Assembly: GCA_964557295.1 (NCBI GenBank) | Contig: CAZKZP010000001.1 | Span: 43,798-93,545, forward strand | Direction of reading: 5' to 3' | Origin: an uncultured Chromatiales bacterium | GTDB lineage: Bacteria; Pseudomonadota; Gammaproteobacteria; RBG-16-57-12 | DNA: 49,748 bases | In this document: positions 1-13,252 of the stretch, piece after piece | Layout: every line of letters begins with the position of its first letter | How positions within the stretch are numbered: the first letter of the stretch is position 1 | Notes under the pieces: model-generated | The model's database searches: none | Seen by the model: the letters and a program-made list of their open reading frames with translations, nothing else | Told to the model about the DNA's origin: nothing | Made by a program: the position numbers and the translations under genes

Positions 1-788
1 ATGTCGTGGACCAGGAAGAAGACGATCTCGATGGCGATCAGCCAGATGATGATCCATTCCAGCTTGGAGGAATGTTTGTGCTTCTGCTCATCGGAGAGCA
101 TGTTGAACAGTTCCTGGATCACGCCGAGCTTCTTGTTGAGGATGTCGATGCGCTGTTTCACCTCAAGATAGTTCGCGGTGGCGTCGTAGATGTCCTGATA
201 TTCCGGGTAGTCCCAGAAGAAATCCGGCGTGTCCAGCAGGTCGAATTGCAGATTGATCTCGCTTTTCACCAAGAACAGATTGCCGCGGATGCGCGAGAGT
301 TCGCGCCGGCTCAGGTACGAGTCGCCGCGCGTGGCGATGCGCTTGGGGATGTGCGCGGTATCCTCGATGGACGTTTGCGCGCTGCGCTCCAGCTTGCCGA
401 GTTTGAGCGACTGAGCGATGCCGTGCGCGACCGCGATGCGCTCCAGCGGGTCGTCCGATTTCAGCGAGATGTGGTCCTCGTGGATGCGGTAGGCGGCGTG
501 GCCGATGCTGAAGGTGAATTCATCCACCAGCGGCGGGGTGTGCTCGCCTTCGAGAAACGTGCGCGTCTCCACCAGCAAGGCCTGCAAGTCGTCGAAGGCC
601 AGCCCCCAGGAGACGATGACCCCGTACTGGAAAACGAAGGCATCACCCGCTTGGCGTTCGATGCGGATTACGTCTTTGTGCGCCGTGAGGCGGTAGCGGT
701 TGCCGAGATGCTTTTGCAGGGTGTCGAACTTGAAGGTGTCCGCCACGTTATAGGCATAGCAGGTATTTATTTTGTTATCGTCTTCCAC
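1..788 (-). CDS. RMD1/DUF155-family protein (3' end runs off the window)
   Basis: Manual minus-strand translation from GTG at 788 gives MEDDNKINTCYAYNVADTFKF...FVFQYGVIVSWG...AHGIAQSLKL...DLLDTPDFFWDYPE...YLEVKQRIDILNKKL...HSSKLEWIIIWLIAIEIVFFLVHD, typical RMD1 motifs. Missing from the ORF track because no stop lies in the window. Confidence 0.85.
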   Translation of the reverse strand, partial: MEDDNKINTCYAYNVADTFKFDTLQKHLGNRYRLTAHKDVIRIERQAGDAFVFQYGVIVSWGLAFDDLQALLVETRTFLEGEHTPPLVDEFTFSIGHAAYRIHEDHISLKSDDPLERIAVAHGIAQSLKLGKLERSAQTSIEDTAHIPKRIATRGDSYLSRRELSRIRGNLFLVKSEINLQFDLLDTPDFFWDYPEYQDIYDATANYLEVKQRIDILNKKLGVIQELFNMLSDEQKHKHSSKLEWIIIWLIAIEIVFFLVHD

Positions 789-1000
789 GGCGTTGACTCT
801 GGAAATGGATTCAGAAGATTAAATTATGCATAAAACAATGTAAATTTTAATCGCGACAGTGAATGGCCCTGCGGATTGGCCGATAACAGACTGCATGAAT
901 CACCACTCTGATGCAAATCACCATAATGTTACCGCCCGGTGTGTCAAAAGTCTGCCGAATACTATGTCGGCAACTCTGGGCAAGTGATGAGGAGGCGTTT

Positions 1001-1993
1001 GTGAGCGGCACCGGCAAGAAAATCCTGAACATCTGGACTTGGCTGAAGATCATATGTATCCCGGCATGTCTGTTGCTGGCGGCCTGCGGGTCCAGCGATC
1101 TTCCGGCCCTGCGCGTGGGCACCAATGTCTGGCCGGGATACGAGCCCCTGTATCTGGCGCAGTCGCTGCGGTACTGGGGGCAGGATCAGGTGCAACTGGT
1201 GTCGCAACCCTCGGCCAGCGAGGTGCTGCGCGCGTTCCGCAATAAGTCGATCGAGGCCGCGGCATTGACCTTGGACGAAGCGCTGCTGCTGCTCGAGGCG
1301 GGCATCCCGGTTCAGGTGATCCTGGTGGCGGATGTGTCACACGGTGGCGATGTGATCATGGCACGGCCCGAGATCGCTGAATTCTCCCACTTGCGGCACA
1401 AACGTGTGGCCGTTGAAAGCTCCGCGCTGGGCGCCTATGTGCTGACACGCGCCTTGGAGAAAAATGGGGTGGCGCTTGAGGAGATCGCGGTGGTGCCACT
1501 CGAGGTCAATGCGCATGAGCAGGCCTATAAAGACGGCGCGGTGGACGCCGCGGTGACCTTTGAGCCGGTGCGCACCAAGCTATTGCAGGCGGGCGCGCAC
1601 GAAATCTTCACCAGCCGGGAGATTCCAGGCGAGATCGTGGATGTGCTGGTGGTGCACCAGGATGTGGTGCAGCAGCATCAGCGGAATATCGCCGCGCTGG
1701 TCCGGGGATGGTTCAGCGCCCTCGACTACCTGCACGAACAGCCGCACGACGCCGCGCAAATCATGGCGGAGCGCTTGAAGATATCACCCGCCGAGGCGCT
1801 GGCGAGTTTTGATGGGCTCAAACTGCCGGATCGCGCCGAGAACCTTTCCATGATCGGCACGGCCGCGCCGCGGCTTGCCGCGGTGACCGACAAGCTGCAA
1901 GCGATCATGCTCAAGCAAGCGCTGCTGCTGCGCAGCGTGCCGACGGCCGGACTGTTCAACGCCAACTTTATCCAGCAATCTCCCGGGCGATGA
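1001..1993 (+). CDS. NitT/TauT (NMT1/THI5-like) periplasmic substrate-binding lipoprotein
   Basis: ORF 911..1993. Likely GTG start at 1001 after GGAGG. Lipobox LAAC, then motifs LRVGTNVWPGYEPLYLA, DVSHGGD and VDAAVTFEP. Confidence 0.8.
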   Translation: MSGTGKKILNIWTWLKIICIPACLLLAACGSSDLPALRVGTNVWPGYEPLYLAQSLRYWGQDQVQLVSQPSASEVLRAFRNKSIEAAALTLDEALLLLEAGIPVQVILVADVSHGGDVIMARPEIAEFSHLRHKRVAVESSALGAYVLTRALEKNGVALEEIAVVPLEVNAHEQAYKDGAVDAAVTFEPVRTKLLQAGAHEIFTSREIPGEIVDVLVVHQDVVQQHQRNIAALVRGWFSALDYLHEQPHDAAQIMAERLKISPAEALASFDGLKLPDRAENLSMIGTAAPRLAAVTDKLQAIMLKQALLLRSVPTAGLFNANFIQQSPGR

Positions 1994-4812
1994 AATTCAG
2001 TTTGAAACTTCGCATTGTCTTGCCGGTCACCATCGGCATCTTTGCCGTGTTGATCACGATTCTTTCGATCACGGCCAGCACCACGACCGTGTTGCGCGAT
2101 AGCGAAGAATACGTGATCCGCAAGATGCGCGCCGAACTTACCCAGGCTCAAGGTACCGTCGAGCAGTTCATGAATACCGGCCAAACGAGCGCGGTGTCGA
2201 GCGCCGTGTCGACATTCGGTTCATTTATGGGCGTAAGCGTCATGCTGTTTGGCGACAGCAACGAACAGGTGCGGGCTTCCACGCGCTATCAGGATATCGA
2301 TAAACATTGGTCGATGCTGGATTACGGCATCAAACACGAAATCATCACCCACATCAAGAATTCGCGCGGCATCAAGGTGGAGGTGACGCGCGATCCCGAT
2401 CTCGTGCACGGTTATACCAGCGTGTGTTATCAGGGCGCCGGCACCACGCTGCGCGCGCAGAACTGCGGCTTCTTGTACTACCAGATCGAGCTGGCCCCGT
2501 TCCGGAAACAGGCGCTGGATTCGGTGCGCTATCAGGCGGCGATTGATTTCGCCGGCCTGATCGTGCTCTCGCTGCTGTTGTGGACCATCCTGCATCATAC
2601 GTTGACTCGGCGCGCGGATCGTCTGGCGGCCACGGTCCAAGCGTATGCGGCCGGTGATCGGGCCATGCGCTCGCGGATGCGGGGCGAGGATGAGTTGTCG
2701 CTGGTCGGCGCATCGATCGACGATATGCTCGATAAGCTCGTGCGTGACGAGCGGGAGTTGCAGGAGCGCGAGGCCCGCTTGAGCGCCATATTCAATACGG
2801 TGGCCGATCCCATCGTCATCATCGATCAGGCCGGGATCATCTCCGGATTCAACGCATCCGCGGAAAAGGTCTTCGGCTATACCCTGGATGAGGTTGTTGG
2901 GCAAAACGTGAAGATGCTCATGCCCGAACCCGATCGCTCCGCCCATGATGGTTATCTGGCGCGCTGCCAGGCGCGTGGTGAGCTCGATCCAAGCGTGTTT
3001 GGCAAGGAGCGTCAGCTGATGGCCGTGAGAAAGAGCGGCGAGGTGTTCCCGATCGAGTTGACGGTGACGGCAATCAAGGAGCAGGACGTCTGTCTGGCGG
3101 TGGGACTGATCCGCGACATCACCGAGCGCAAGAAGGCCGAGGAAGGATTGCTGCTGGCGCAACGGGTCTTCGAAAACACCAATGAAGCGATCCTGATCAC
3201 CGACAAGGATGCGCGGATCATCGATGTCAACCAGGCCTATGAGGCGATCACCGGCTACGCCAAGCATGAGGTGGTTGGGCGCAATCCGAATATTACGCGT
3301 TCCGGGCGCCACGGCAAGGATTTCTACCAGGCCATGTGGCAGAGCGTGAATGCCACCGGCTCTTGGGCCGGCGAGATCTGGGACCGGCGCAAAGGCGGCG
3401 AGGTCTTTCCCAAGTGGCTGACCATCAATGCCATCAAAAACAGATTCGGCGAGATCACCCATTACGTCGGGATCTTCAGTGATATCACGCAATTGAAGGC
3501 CGCCGAGAACAAGCTCGAGCAACTGGCCTACTACGATCCGCTGACCCGGCTACCGAACCGCGCCTTGTTCTTCGATCGTCTGCGTCAGGCGCTGGAACTG
3601 GCGCGGCGCAAATCAACCAGGATGGCCTTGCTGTTCATCGATCTCGATCGCTTCAAATACGTGAATGACACCCTGGGACACAACATCGGCGATCTGCTGT
3701 TGGTCGAGGTGGCCGAACGCATCACACAATGCCTGCGTAAATCCGATACCGTCGCGCGTTTGGGAGGGGATGAATTCACTGTGATACTGACCGAGATTCT
3801 GCGAAGCGCGAACGTTGAAAATGTCGCGCAGAATATCATCGCTGCATTACAGCGGAAGTTTGACATCGCCGGTCATGAGATCTACGTCGGCGCAAGCGTA
3901 GGGATTGCGATTTATCCGGAGGATGGCGCGGAGCTCGAGGGCTTGGTGAAAAATGCGGACATCGCGATGTATCAGGCGAAGTTGGCCGGCCGCGGCAATT
4001 ACAAATTCTTCACGCCTGAGTTGAATACCTCTAGTCAACGGCGCGCCGAGCTGGAGAATGATCTGCGCAAGGCGATTGCCGATCAGGAGTTCACTTTGTA
4101 TTACCAGCCCAAGTTCGCGCTCAAGAACCGCCGGTTGGTTGGCTTGGAAGCGCTGATCCGCTGGGTGCATCCCTTCAAGGGGATCGTTTCCCCTGCGGAG
4201 TTCATCCCGGTGGCGGAGGAAACGGGGTTCATCCTGCAGATCGATCAGTGGGTGCTGGAAACGGCGACCCGCCAGCTCAGGCAATGGCACGCCCAGGCGG
4301 GGCGGGCGCCGCGGGTGTCGGTGAATCTCTCCGCCCGGCAGTTCGAGCACGCCGGTTTGGTAAGCAGTGTGGAGCGCGCGCTCGGTGATGCGCGGGTGGC
4401 TCCGGAGCTGCTCGAGCTGGAGATCACCGAGGGTGTGATCATGAAAGATGCCAAGGCGGCGGCCCAGGTGCTGAGCAGGTTGCGGGAAATGGGGGTGCTC
4501 ATCTCCGTGGATGACTTCGGCACCGGTTATTCCTCTCTGAGCTATCTGAAAAAGCTCCCTTTGCATGTCTTGAAGATCGACCGCTCATTCATCATAGACA
4601 TCGAGCATGACGACGACGACAAGGCCATTGTGGCCTCGATTATTTCCATGGGGCACAGCCTGAACCTGGTGGTCTTGGCCGAGGGGATCGAAACCGAAGG
4701 CCAGCTGCGGCTGCTGAGCGAGATGGGCTGTGATCTGGGGCAGGGCTATCTGTTCAGCCGTCCGGTGCCGGCCGCAGAGCTGAGCCGCTGGCTTGCGGAT
4801 TTCGACTCTTAG
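1990..4812 (+). CDS. Membrane diguanylate cyclase/phosphodiesterase (TM-periplasmic-TM-HAMP-PAS-PAS-GGDEF-EAL)
   Basis: Two hydrophobic helices, HAMP (GEDELSLVGASIDDM), two PAS domains, RKSD I-site before GGDEF, EAL and DDFGTGYSSL. ATGA overlap with the upstream gene. Confidence 0.92.
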   Translation: MKFSLKLRIVLPVTIGIFAVLITILSITASTTTVLRDSEEYVIRKMRAELTQAQGTVEQFMNTGQTSAVSSAVSTFGSFMGVSVMLFGDSNEQVRASTRYQDIDKHWSMLDYGIKHEIITHIKNSRGIKVEVTRDPDLVHGYTSVCYQGAGTTLRAQNCGFLYYQIELAPFRKQALDSVRYQAAIDFAGLIVLSLLLWTILHHTLTRRADRLAATVQAYAAGDRAMRSRMRGEDELSLVGASIDDMLDKLVRDERELQEREARLSAIFNTVADPIVIIDQAGIISGFNASAEKVFGYTLDEVVGQNVKMLMPEPDRSAHDGYLARCQARGELDPSVFGKERQLMAVRKSGEVFPIELTVTAIKEQDVCLAVGLIRDITERKKAEEGLLLAQRVFENTNEAILITDKDARIIDVNQAYEAITGYAKHEVVGRNPNITRSGRHGKDFYQAMWQSVNATGSWAGEIWDRRKGGEVFPKWLTINAIKNRFGEITHYVGIFSDITQLKAAENKLEQLAYYDPLTRLPNRALFFDRLRQALELARRKSTRMALLFIDLDRFKYVNDTLGHNIGDLLLVEVAERITQCLRKSDTVARLGGDEFTVILTEILRSANVENVAQNIIAALQRKFDIAGHEIYVGASVGIAIYPEDGAELEGLVKNADIAMYQAKLAGRGNYKFFTPELNTSSQRRAELENDLRKAIADQEFTLYYQPKFALKNRRLVGLEALIRWVHPFKGIVSPAEFIPVAEETGFILQIDQWVLETATRQLRQWHAQAGRAPRVSVNLSARQFEHAGLVSSVERALGDARVAPELLELEITEGVIMKDAKAAAQVLSRLREMGVLISVDDFGTGYSSLSYLKKLPLHVLKIDRSFIIDIEHDDDDKAIVASIISMGHSLNLVVLAEGIETEGQLRLLSEMGCDLGQGYLFSRPVPAAELSRWLADFDS

Positions 4813-4889
4813 CAGCCTTTCCAGAGTGAGTTGATTATGCGCGGATTTTCCGCCGGCGCCGCGTGCGCGCGATTGAGCAAAGGTGGTGA

Positions 4890-8734
<3,845 letters not shown>

Positions 8735-8755
8735 GTCCATGCGGGCGATGCATTC

Positions 8756-8795
8756 AGGGCGGGATCGATGTGCGCGTCGGTCCCGCCTTGTTTTT
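8756..8795 (+). terminator. Putative intrinsic terminator after eno
   Basis: GGCGGGA...TCCCGCC stem followed by TTGTTTTT. Confidence 0.55.
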
Positions 8796-8842
8796 GCCGG
8801 TGATGGTCACCGGTTCCCGGAGGGTGGAGCGCGCGTTCTGAA

Positions 8843-9121
8843 ATGAAGATCAAGATATTCATGGCGGCGCTCTTGGTTCTGACCGCGGTGCTGCAATTCA
8901 AGATCTGGTTCGGCGAGGGCAGCGTGCAGACCATCTGGGGCTTGTCGCACGAGGTTGCGGCGGCCAAGGAGGAAAACGCCCAGCGCAAGGAGCGCAATGA
9001 TTCCCTGTCCGCGGAGGTGCGCGATCTGAAGGATGGCCTGGAGGCCATCGAGGGCCGCGCCCGGCTGGATCTGGGCATGATCAAGAAGGGCGAGACCTTT
9101 TATCAGGTAGTGAAGGAATAG
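8843..9121 (+). CDS. ftsB: Cell division protein FtsB
   Basis: N-terminal TM, LQFKIWFGEGS, coiled coil, IEGRARLDLGMIKKGETFY. Lies between eno and ispD. Confidence 0.93.
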   Translation: MKIKIFMAALLVLTAVLQFKIWFGEGSVQTIWGLSHEVAAAKEENAQRKERNDSLSAEVRDLKDGLEAIEGRARLDLGMIKKGETFYQVVKE

Positions 9122-9174
9122 TCCCGCGACGCGGGATTGCGCCCATCGCGCATCACACGCAACGAGAGCATAAC

Positions 9175-9897
9175 GTGAATCCCCAAACCAACTCAGAGCC
9201 CGCTTATTGGGCGGTAATTCCCGCCGCAGGTGTGGGCAAACGCATGGGCGGTGACAAGCCCAAACAATACCTCACGCTCGCAGGCGCGCCGATCATCGAG
9301 CACACGCTGGCGCGGCTGGCCGCGCATCCCAGGATCAAGGGCATCATGGTCGCGATCGCTCCGGGGGATCCGTATTGGTCTGCGGTGCAACTGCCGGCGA
9401 ATCTTCCGGTGAAAGTGGTCTACGGCGGGCGCGAGCGTTGCAATTCGGTGCTCAATGCCTTGGAAGGCCTGCGCGGACTCGCCGCCAAGCACGATTGGGT
9501 GCTGGTGCACGATGCCGCGCGCCCCTGCGTGCGCGTGGCGGACATCGATCATCTGATCACCACGCTTGCCGAACATCCGGTCGGCGGCCTGCTCGGGTTG
9601 CCGGTAACCGATACCATGAAGCGCACAGATGCCAGCGGTACCATCCAGCAGACCGTGCCGCGCACCAATCTCTGGCGCGCGCTGACCCCGCAGATGTTCC
9701 GGTACGGGATGCTGATCCAGTCGCTGTCCGAGGCGGTGCGCGCCGAGGAACTGGTCACCGACGAGGCCGCCGCGATCGAGTGGGCCGGTTATCGTCCGCG
9801 CATGGTCGAAGGCCACGCCGACAACATCAAGATCACCCGCCCGCAGGATCTGCAACTGGCGGCGTTGTTCTTGCAGCAACAGAAGGAAGCATCCTGA
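9175..9897 (+). CDS. ispD: 2-C-methyl-D-erythritol 4-phosphate cytidylyltransferase
   Basis: [44 protein letters not shown]. Confidence 0.96.
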   Translation: MNPQTNSEPAYWAVIPAAGVGKRMGGDKPKQYLTLAGAPIIEHTLARLAAHPRIKGIMVAIAPGDPYWSAVQLPANLPVKVVYGGRERCNSVLNALEGLRGLAAKHDWVLVHDAARPCVRVADIDHLITTLAEHPVGGLLGLPVTDTMKRTDASGTIQQTVPRTNLWRALTPQMFRYGMLIQSLSEAVRAEELVTDEAAAIEWAGYRPRMVEGHADNIKITRPQDLQLAALFLQQQKEAS

Positions 9898-10367
9898 TGC
9901 GCATCGGCCACGGCTATGACGCCCACCGTTTCACACCCAACCGACCGTTGATCCTCGGCGGCGTACACATCCCGTATGAGCAGGGGATGGAGGCGCACTC
10001 CGATGGCGATGTGCTATTGCACGCCTTGTGCGATGCCTTGCTCGGCGCGGCGGGGCTTGGCGATATCGGCCGGCACTTTCCCGATACCAGCCAGGAGTTC
10101 GCCGGCATCGACAGCCGTCTGCTGTTGCGCCGGGTGGTGGCGCAATTGCACGAGCGCGGCCTGACGGTGGGCAATGCCGATCTCACCATCCTGGCGCAGG
10201 CCCCGAAGATGGCGCCGCATATCGATGCGATGCGCGCCAACATCGCCGAAGACCTTCAGGTCGATGTGAGCCGGATCAACGTCAAGGCCACCACCACGGA
10301 GCGGATGGGCTTCGTCGGCCGCAAGGAAGGTATCGCCGCCCACGCCGTGGTGCTGTTAAACGAATGA
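9897..10367 (+). CDS. ispF: 2-C-methyl-D-erythritol 2,4-cyclodiphosphate synthase
   Basis: [50 protein letters not shown] overlaps the ispD stop (TGATG). Confidence 0.96.
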   Translation: MRIGHGYDAHRFTPNRPLILGGVHIPYEQGMEAHSDGDVLLHALCDALLGAAGLGDIGRHFPDTSQEFAGIDSRLLLRRVVAQLHERGLTVGNADLTILAQAPKMAPHIDAMRANIAEDLQVDVSRINVKATTTERMGFVGRKEGIAAHAVVLLNE

Positions 10368-11422
10368 CTCACGCCATGTCAGTAACCTTCTCCCTTGAAC
10401 TCCCTTATGCCTTCGGCAAACCCGAGGCGTCCGGAATTCTGCGCCGCACGCCGGAGGATTTTTTCGTCGAAGAAGTGCTGGGCTTCAGTCCAGAAGGCGA
10501 GGGCGAGCATGTCTGGCTGTGGATCGAGAAGCGCAACTGCAATACCGAGTGGGTGGCCGACCAACTCACGCGTCTGGCGGGCGTAGAACACGGCGCGGTG
10601 AGTTATTCCGGTCTCAAGGACCGGATTGCCGTGACCCGTCAGTGGTTTTCCGTGCATTTGCCGGGCAAGGCCGCGCCCGATTGGTCGACCCTGAACTCCG
10701 AGCAGTTCACCGTGTTGGAAGCGGTGCGCCACCGCAGCAAATTGCGGCGCGGTACCCATCGCTCCAATCGATTCGTCATCCGCATCCGTGACATTGCCGG
10801 TGATCGTGCCGCGCTCGAGGCGCGGCTGGCGCTGATCATGCGCAGCGGCGTGCCGAATTATTTCGGCGAGCAACGTTTTGGTCATCAGGGCGGCAACCTG
10901 GAGCAGGCGCGCAAGATGTTCGGCGGGTGGCGGATCAAGGATCGGCACAAACGCAGCATGTATCTTTCCGCCGCACGCTCCTATCTGTTCAATCAAGTCC
11001 TCTCGCGCCGCGTCGAACAAGGCAGCTGGGATCGGATCCTGCCCGGCGAGGCCGTCATCCTGGCTGGCAGTCATAGTTTTTTCGTCGCCGACGAGATCAA
11101 CGATGAGCTCCAGCAACGCCTTCAGCGCATGGATATTCACCCCTCGGGTCCCTTGTGGGGGCGCGGAGATTTGCCCTGCAAGGGGCAAGCGGCAGAGTTC
11201 GAACGCCGCACTGCCGCGGACTACGCGGAATTCTGTGAAGGCTTGGAGAAGGCGGATCTGCGGCAGGAGCGCCGCGCGCTTCGGTTACAGGTGAGCGACC
11301 TGGAGTGGACTTGGCCGGAGGCCACTACCCTGGAGTTGAGGTTCGGCCTAGGTCGGGGCGAATACGCGACTGCGGTAGTGCGCGAGTTGGCCGTCTGCAG
11401 TGAGGCTATGAAAAACCTCTAG
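10364..11422 (+). CDS. truD: tRNA pseudouridine(13) synthase TruD
   Basis: [46 protein letters not shown]. Confidence 0.95.
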   Translation: MTHAMSVTFSLELPYAFGKPEASGILRRTPEDFFVEEVLGFSPEGEGEHVWLWIEKRNCNTEWVADQLTRLAGVEHGAVSYSGLKDRIAVTRQWFSVHLPGKAAPDWSTLNSEQFTVLEAVRHRSKLRRGTHRSNRFVIRIRDIAGDRAALEARLALIMRSGVPNYFGEQRFGHQGGNLEQARKMFGGWRIKDRHKRSMYLSAARSYLFNQVLSRRVEQGSWDRILPGEAVILAGSHSFFVADEINDELQQRLQRMDIHPSGPLWGRGDLPCKGQAAEFERRTAADYAEFCEGLEKADLRQERRALRLQVSDLEWTWPEATTLELRFGLGRGEYATAVVRELAVCSEAMKNL

Positions 11423-11623
11423 TAATTTCCGTTCTCATCATTCCCCCTCAATTCATCGAATGCTGGCAAATATCGGGTGTCCCCGATGTGTTGCGAGTGT
11501 AGATCACAACAAAACACCACTAAAACAAAAGGTTGAAGTCAGTATTGCGACGCGTGCGCCTTACTCTGCGACCGTCCTCTCCGTTCATTCTTTAACGCCG
11601 CAAACAGAATGTAGTTGCAATAA

Positions 11624-11639
11624 TGTGACCCATATCACA
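11624..11639. promoter_or_regulatory. CRP/Vfr-type binding site
   Basis: Perfect TGTGA-N6-TCACA (TGTGACCCATATCACA) in AT-rich DNA, ending about 66 bp upstream of the ATG at 11706. Confidence 0.6.
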
Positions 11640-11705
11640 CAAGTTTAGTGATGTATTGTCGATAACCCCTGTAACGGTTTTCAAATTGCGCAAGCGAGGG
11701 GTTCC

Positions 11706-12077
11706 ATGAAATTCACGAAATCAGTCTTGCTCCTGGCGCTCCTGGGCTGCTCCACAGCGCAGGCGCATGCCGATGAGTACTACACCGGCGTGATGTCCGC
11801 ACTCAAGCAGGATTACAAGGAGGCGTATGCCTTGTTAAAACCGCTGTCGGACAAGGGGGATCCTCGCGCGATCTTCAATGTGGCGCTCATGTATCACGCG
11901 GGCCTGTTCGTGGAATTCGATGAGAAAAAGGCTGTGGAACTCTATCAGGAAGCGGCAAAGCTCGGTGTCCGGGAGGCGCAACAGTTTTTAGCGGCGGGGT
12001 ATCGCGAAGGATGGTTTGGCCTGCCGATGGATTATGAGAAATACAAATACTGGATGGGGCAAATGGGCGAGCTGTGA
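11706..12077 (+). CDS. Small exported Sel1-repeat protein
   Basis: Signal peptide ending AQA/AHA. Sel1 motifs GDPRAIFNVALMYHAG, DEKKAVELYQEAAKLG and AQQFLAAGYREG. Confidence 0.8.
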   Translation: MKFTKSVLLLALLGCSTAQAHADEYYTGVMSALKQDYKEAYALLKPLSDKGDPRAIFNVALMYHAGLFVEFDEKKAVELYQEAAKLGVREAQQFLAAGYREGWFGLPMDYEKYKYWMGQMGEL

Positions 12078-12093
12078 CTCGCCGTAGGGGGTG

Positions 12094-12129
12094 GCCGATG
12101 GGTGTAGATACCCATCGGCTTTTTTGTTT
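12094..12129 (+). terminator. Intrinsic terminator
   Basis: Perfect 10-bp stem GCCGATGGGT/ACCCATCGGC followed by TTTTTTGTTT. Confidence 0.8.
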
Positions 12130-12314
12130 CATGATTCAACAATCGACAGACTCTAAAAATTCAGTCTCTCTTTCACAGACATTTCTGTAAGATCACAAGT
12201 CGAAAAATAAAAATTTAAATGTTGCCTTGGGTGCAGTCCGCCGATAAAGTTAAAATTGCCTTATTTAATAGAAAACTAATATTAACGAATAACATTCCAC
12301 AGTGTGGGTTTAGG

Positions 12315-13238
12315 GTGAATAAACGCTCGGTTTTTTGTCTGCTCGCCGCGCTTTTAATGTTGGCCCCCGTCGCCAATGGCGTTACCGAGGAATCTGGCCG
12401 CATCGCGGTACTCTACCCACTGTCGTCGGGTACGTACGAGAAAATCTTCGATGAAATCATCGAAGGCATCAGCGCTGCCTCGTCGATCGAGGTGGTGCGT
12501 TTTCCCGTGCCTGAAGCGAGCTCCAATCAGGCTTTGTCCGAGGAGTTCACGAAGAAGAATGTAAAAGGCGTAATAGCGCTAGGTCAAACCACATACGATC
12601 CGCAAGCGGCGCAAACCGTCGTGCCCGTGGTCTACGGCGGTGGCGTGATCATCCCCGGCTACCAAAACGGCATCAGCCTAATGGGCGATCCGGAATTGTT
12701 TTTCACCAAACTGAAGCGGCTTGCACCTAAAGTTAAGAGGGTATTTACCGTCTACAATGAGCAAAACAGTGGTTGGCTGATCGAACGGTCAAAACGCGCC
12801 GCGAGCAAGCGAGGCTTGGAATTGCGAGCCTATGCGGCAGAGGATTTGCGTGATGCCATGTTGAAATTCAAACTTATCTTCGATGAGGCGCGTGATTCAA
12901 GCGATGCCATTTGGCTTACGCTAGACAGTGTGATTCCCGACAAGACGGTATTGCCCTTGGTGCTGGAAGTGTCCTGGGAACGTCGCGTCGTTGTGTTCTC
13001 GAACAATCCGCTTCATACCAAGCGTGGGGCATTGTTTTCGTTGTACCCGGATAATCGGCGCATGGGCGAGAGTCTCGGGAACATGCTGTTGAGTCAATTG
13101 AAAAACCCGGCCAAAGCCGAGCTCCTGCCATTGTCTGATTTGAAGGTGGCGGTCAATGAGAGGACGGCATCGCATCTGGGCTTGAGTTTGGGTAAAGAAG
13201 ATTACCAGCAATTCGATTTGGTTTACCCGAGCAGATAA
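12315..13238 (+). CDS. Periplasmic substrate-binding protein (ABC_sub_bind / type 1 PBP-like), no permease adjacent
   Basis: GTG start at 12315 gives a signal peptide. Motifs LAPKVKRVFTVYN, SDAIWL, GALFSLYPDNRRMG and VAVNERTASHLGL. Confidence 0.72.
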   Translation: MNKRSVFCLLAALLMLAPVANGVTEESGRIAVLYPLSSGTYEKIFDEIIEGISAASSIEVVRFPVPEASSNQALSEEFTKKNVKGVIALGQTTYDPQAAQTVVPVVYGGGVIIPGYQNGISLMGDPELFFTKLKRLAPKVKRVFTVYNEQNSGWLIERSKRAASKRGLELRAYAAEDLRDAMLKFKLIFDEARDSSDAIWLTLDSVIPDKTVLPLVLEVSWERRVVVFSNNPLHTKRGALFSLYPDNRRMGESLGNMLLSQLKNPAKAELLPLSDLKVAVNERTASHLGLSLGKEDYQQFDLVYPSR

Positions 13239-13252
13239 CAATCGGCGCATGC

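Noticed and set aside
6-833. 275-aa plus-strand ORF
   Set aside because: Antisense shadow of the RMD1-family gene on the minus strand.
9375-10363. N-terminal extensions of the ispF and truD ORFs
   Set aside because: They overlap the upstream genes in other frames. The real starts at 9897 and 10364 overlap the preceding stops.
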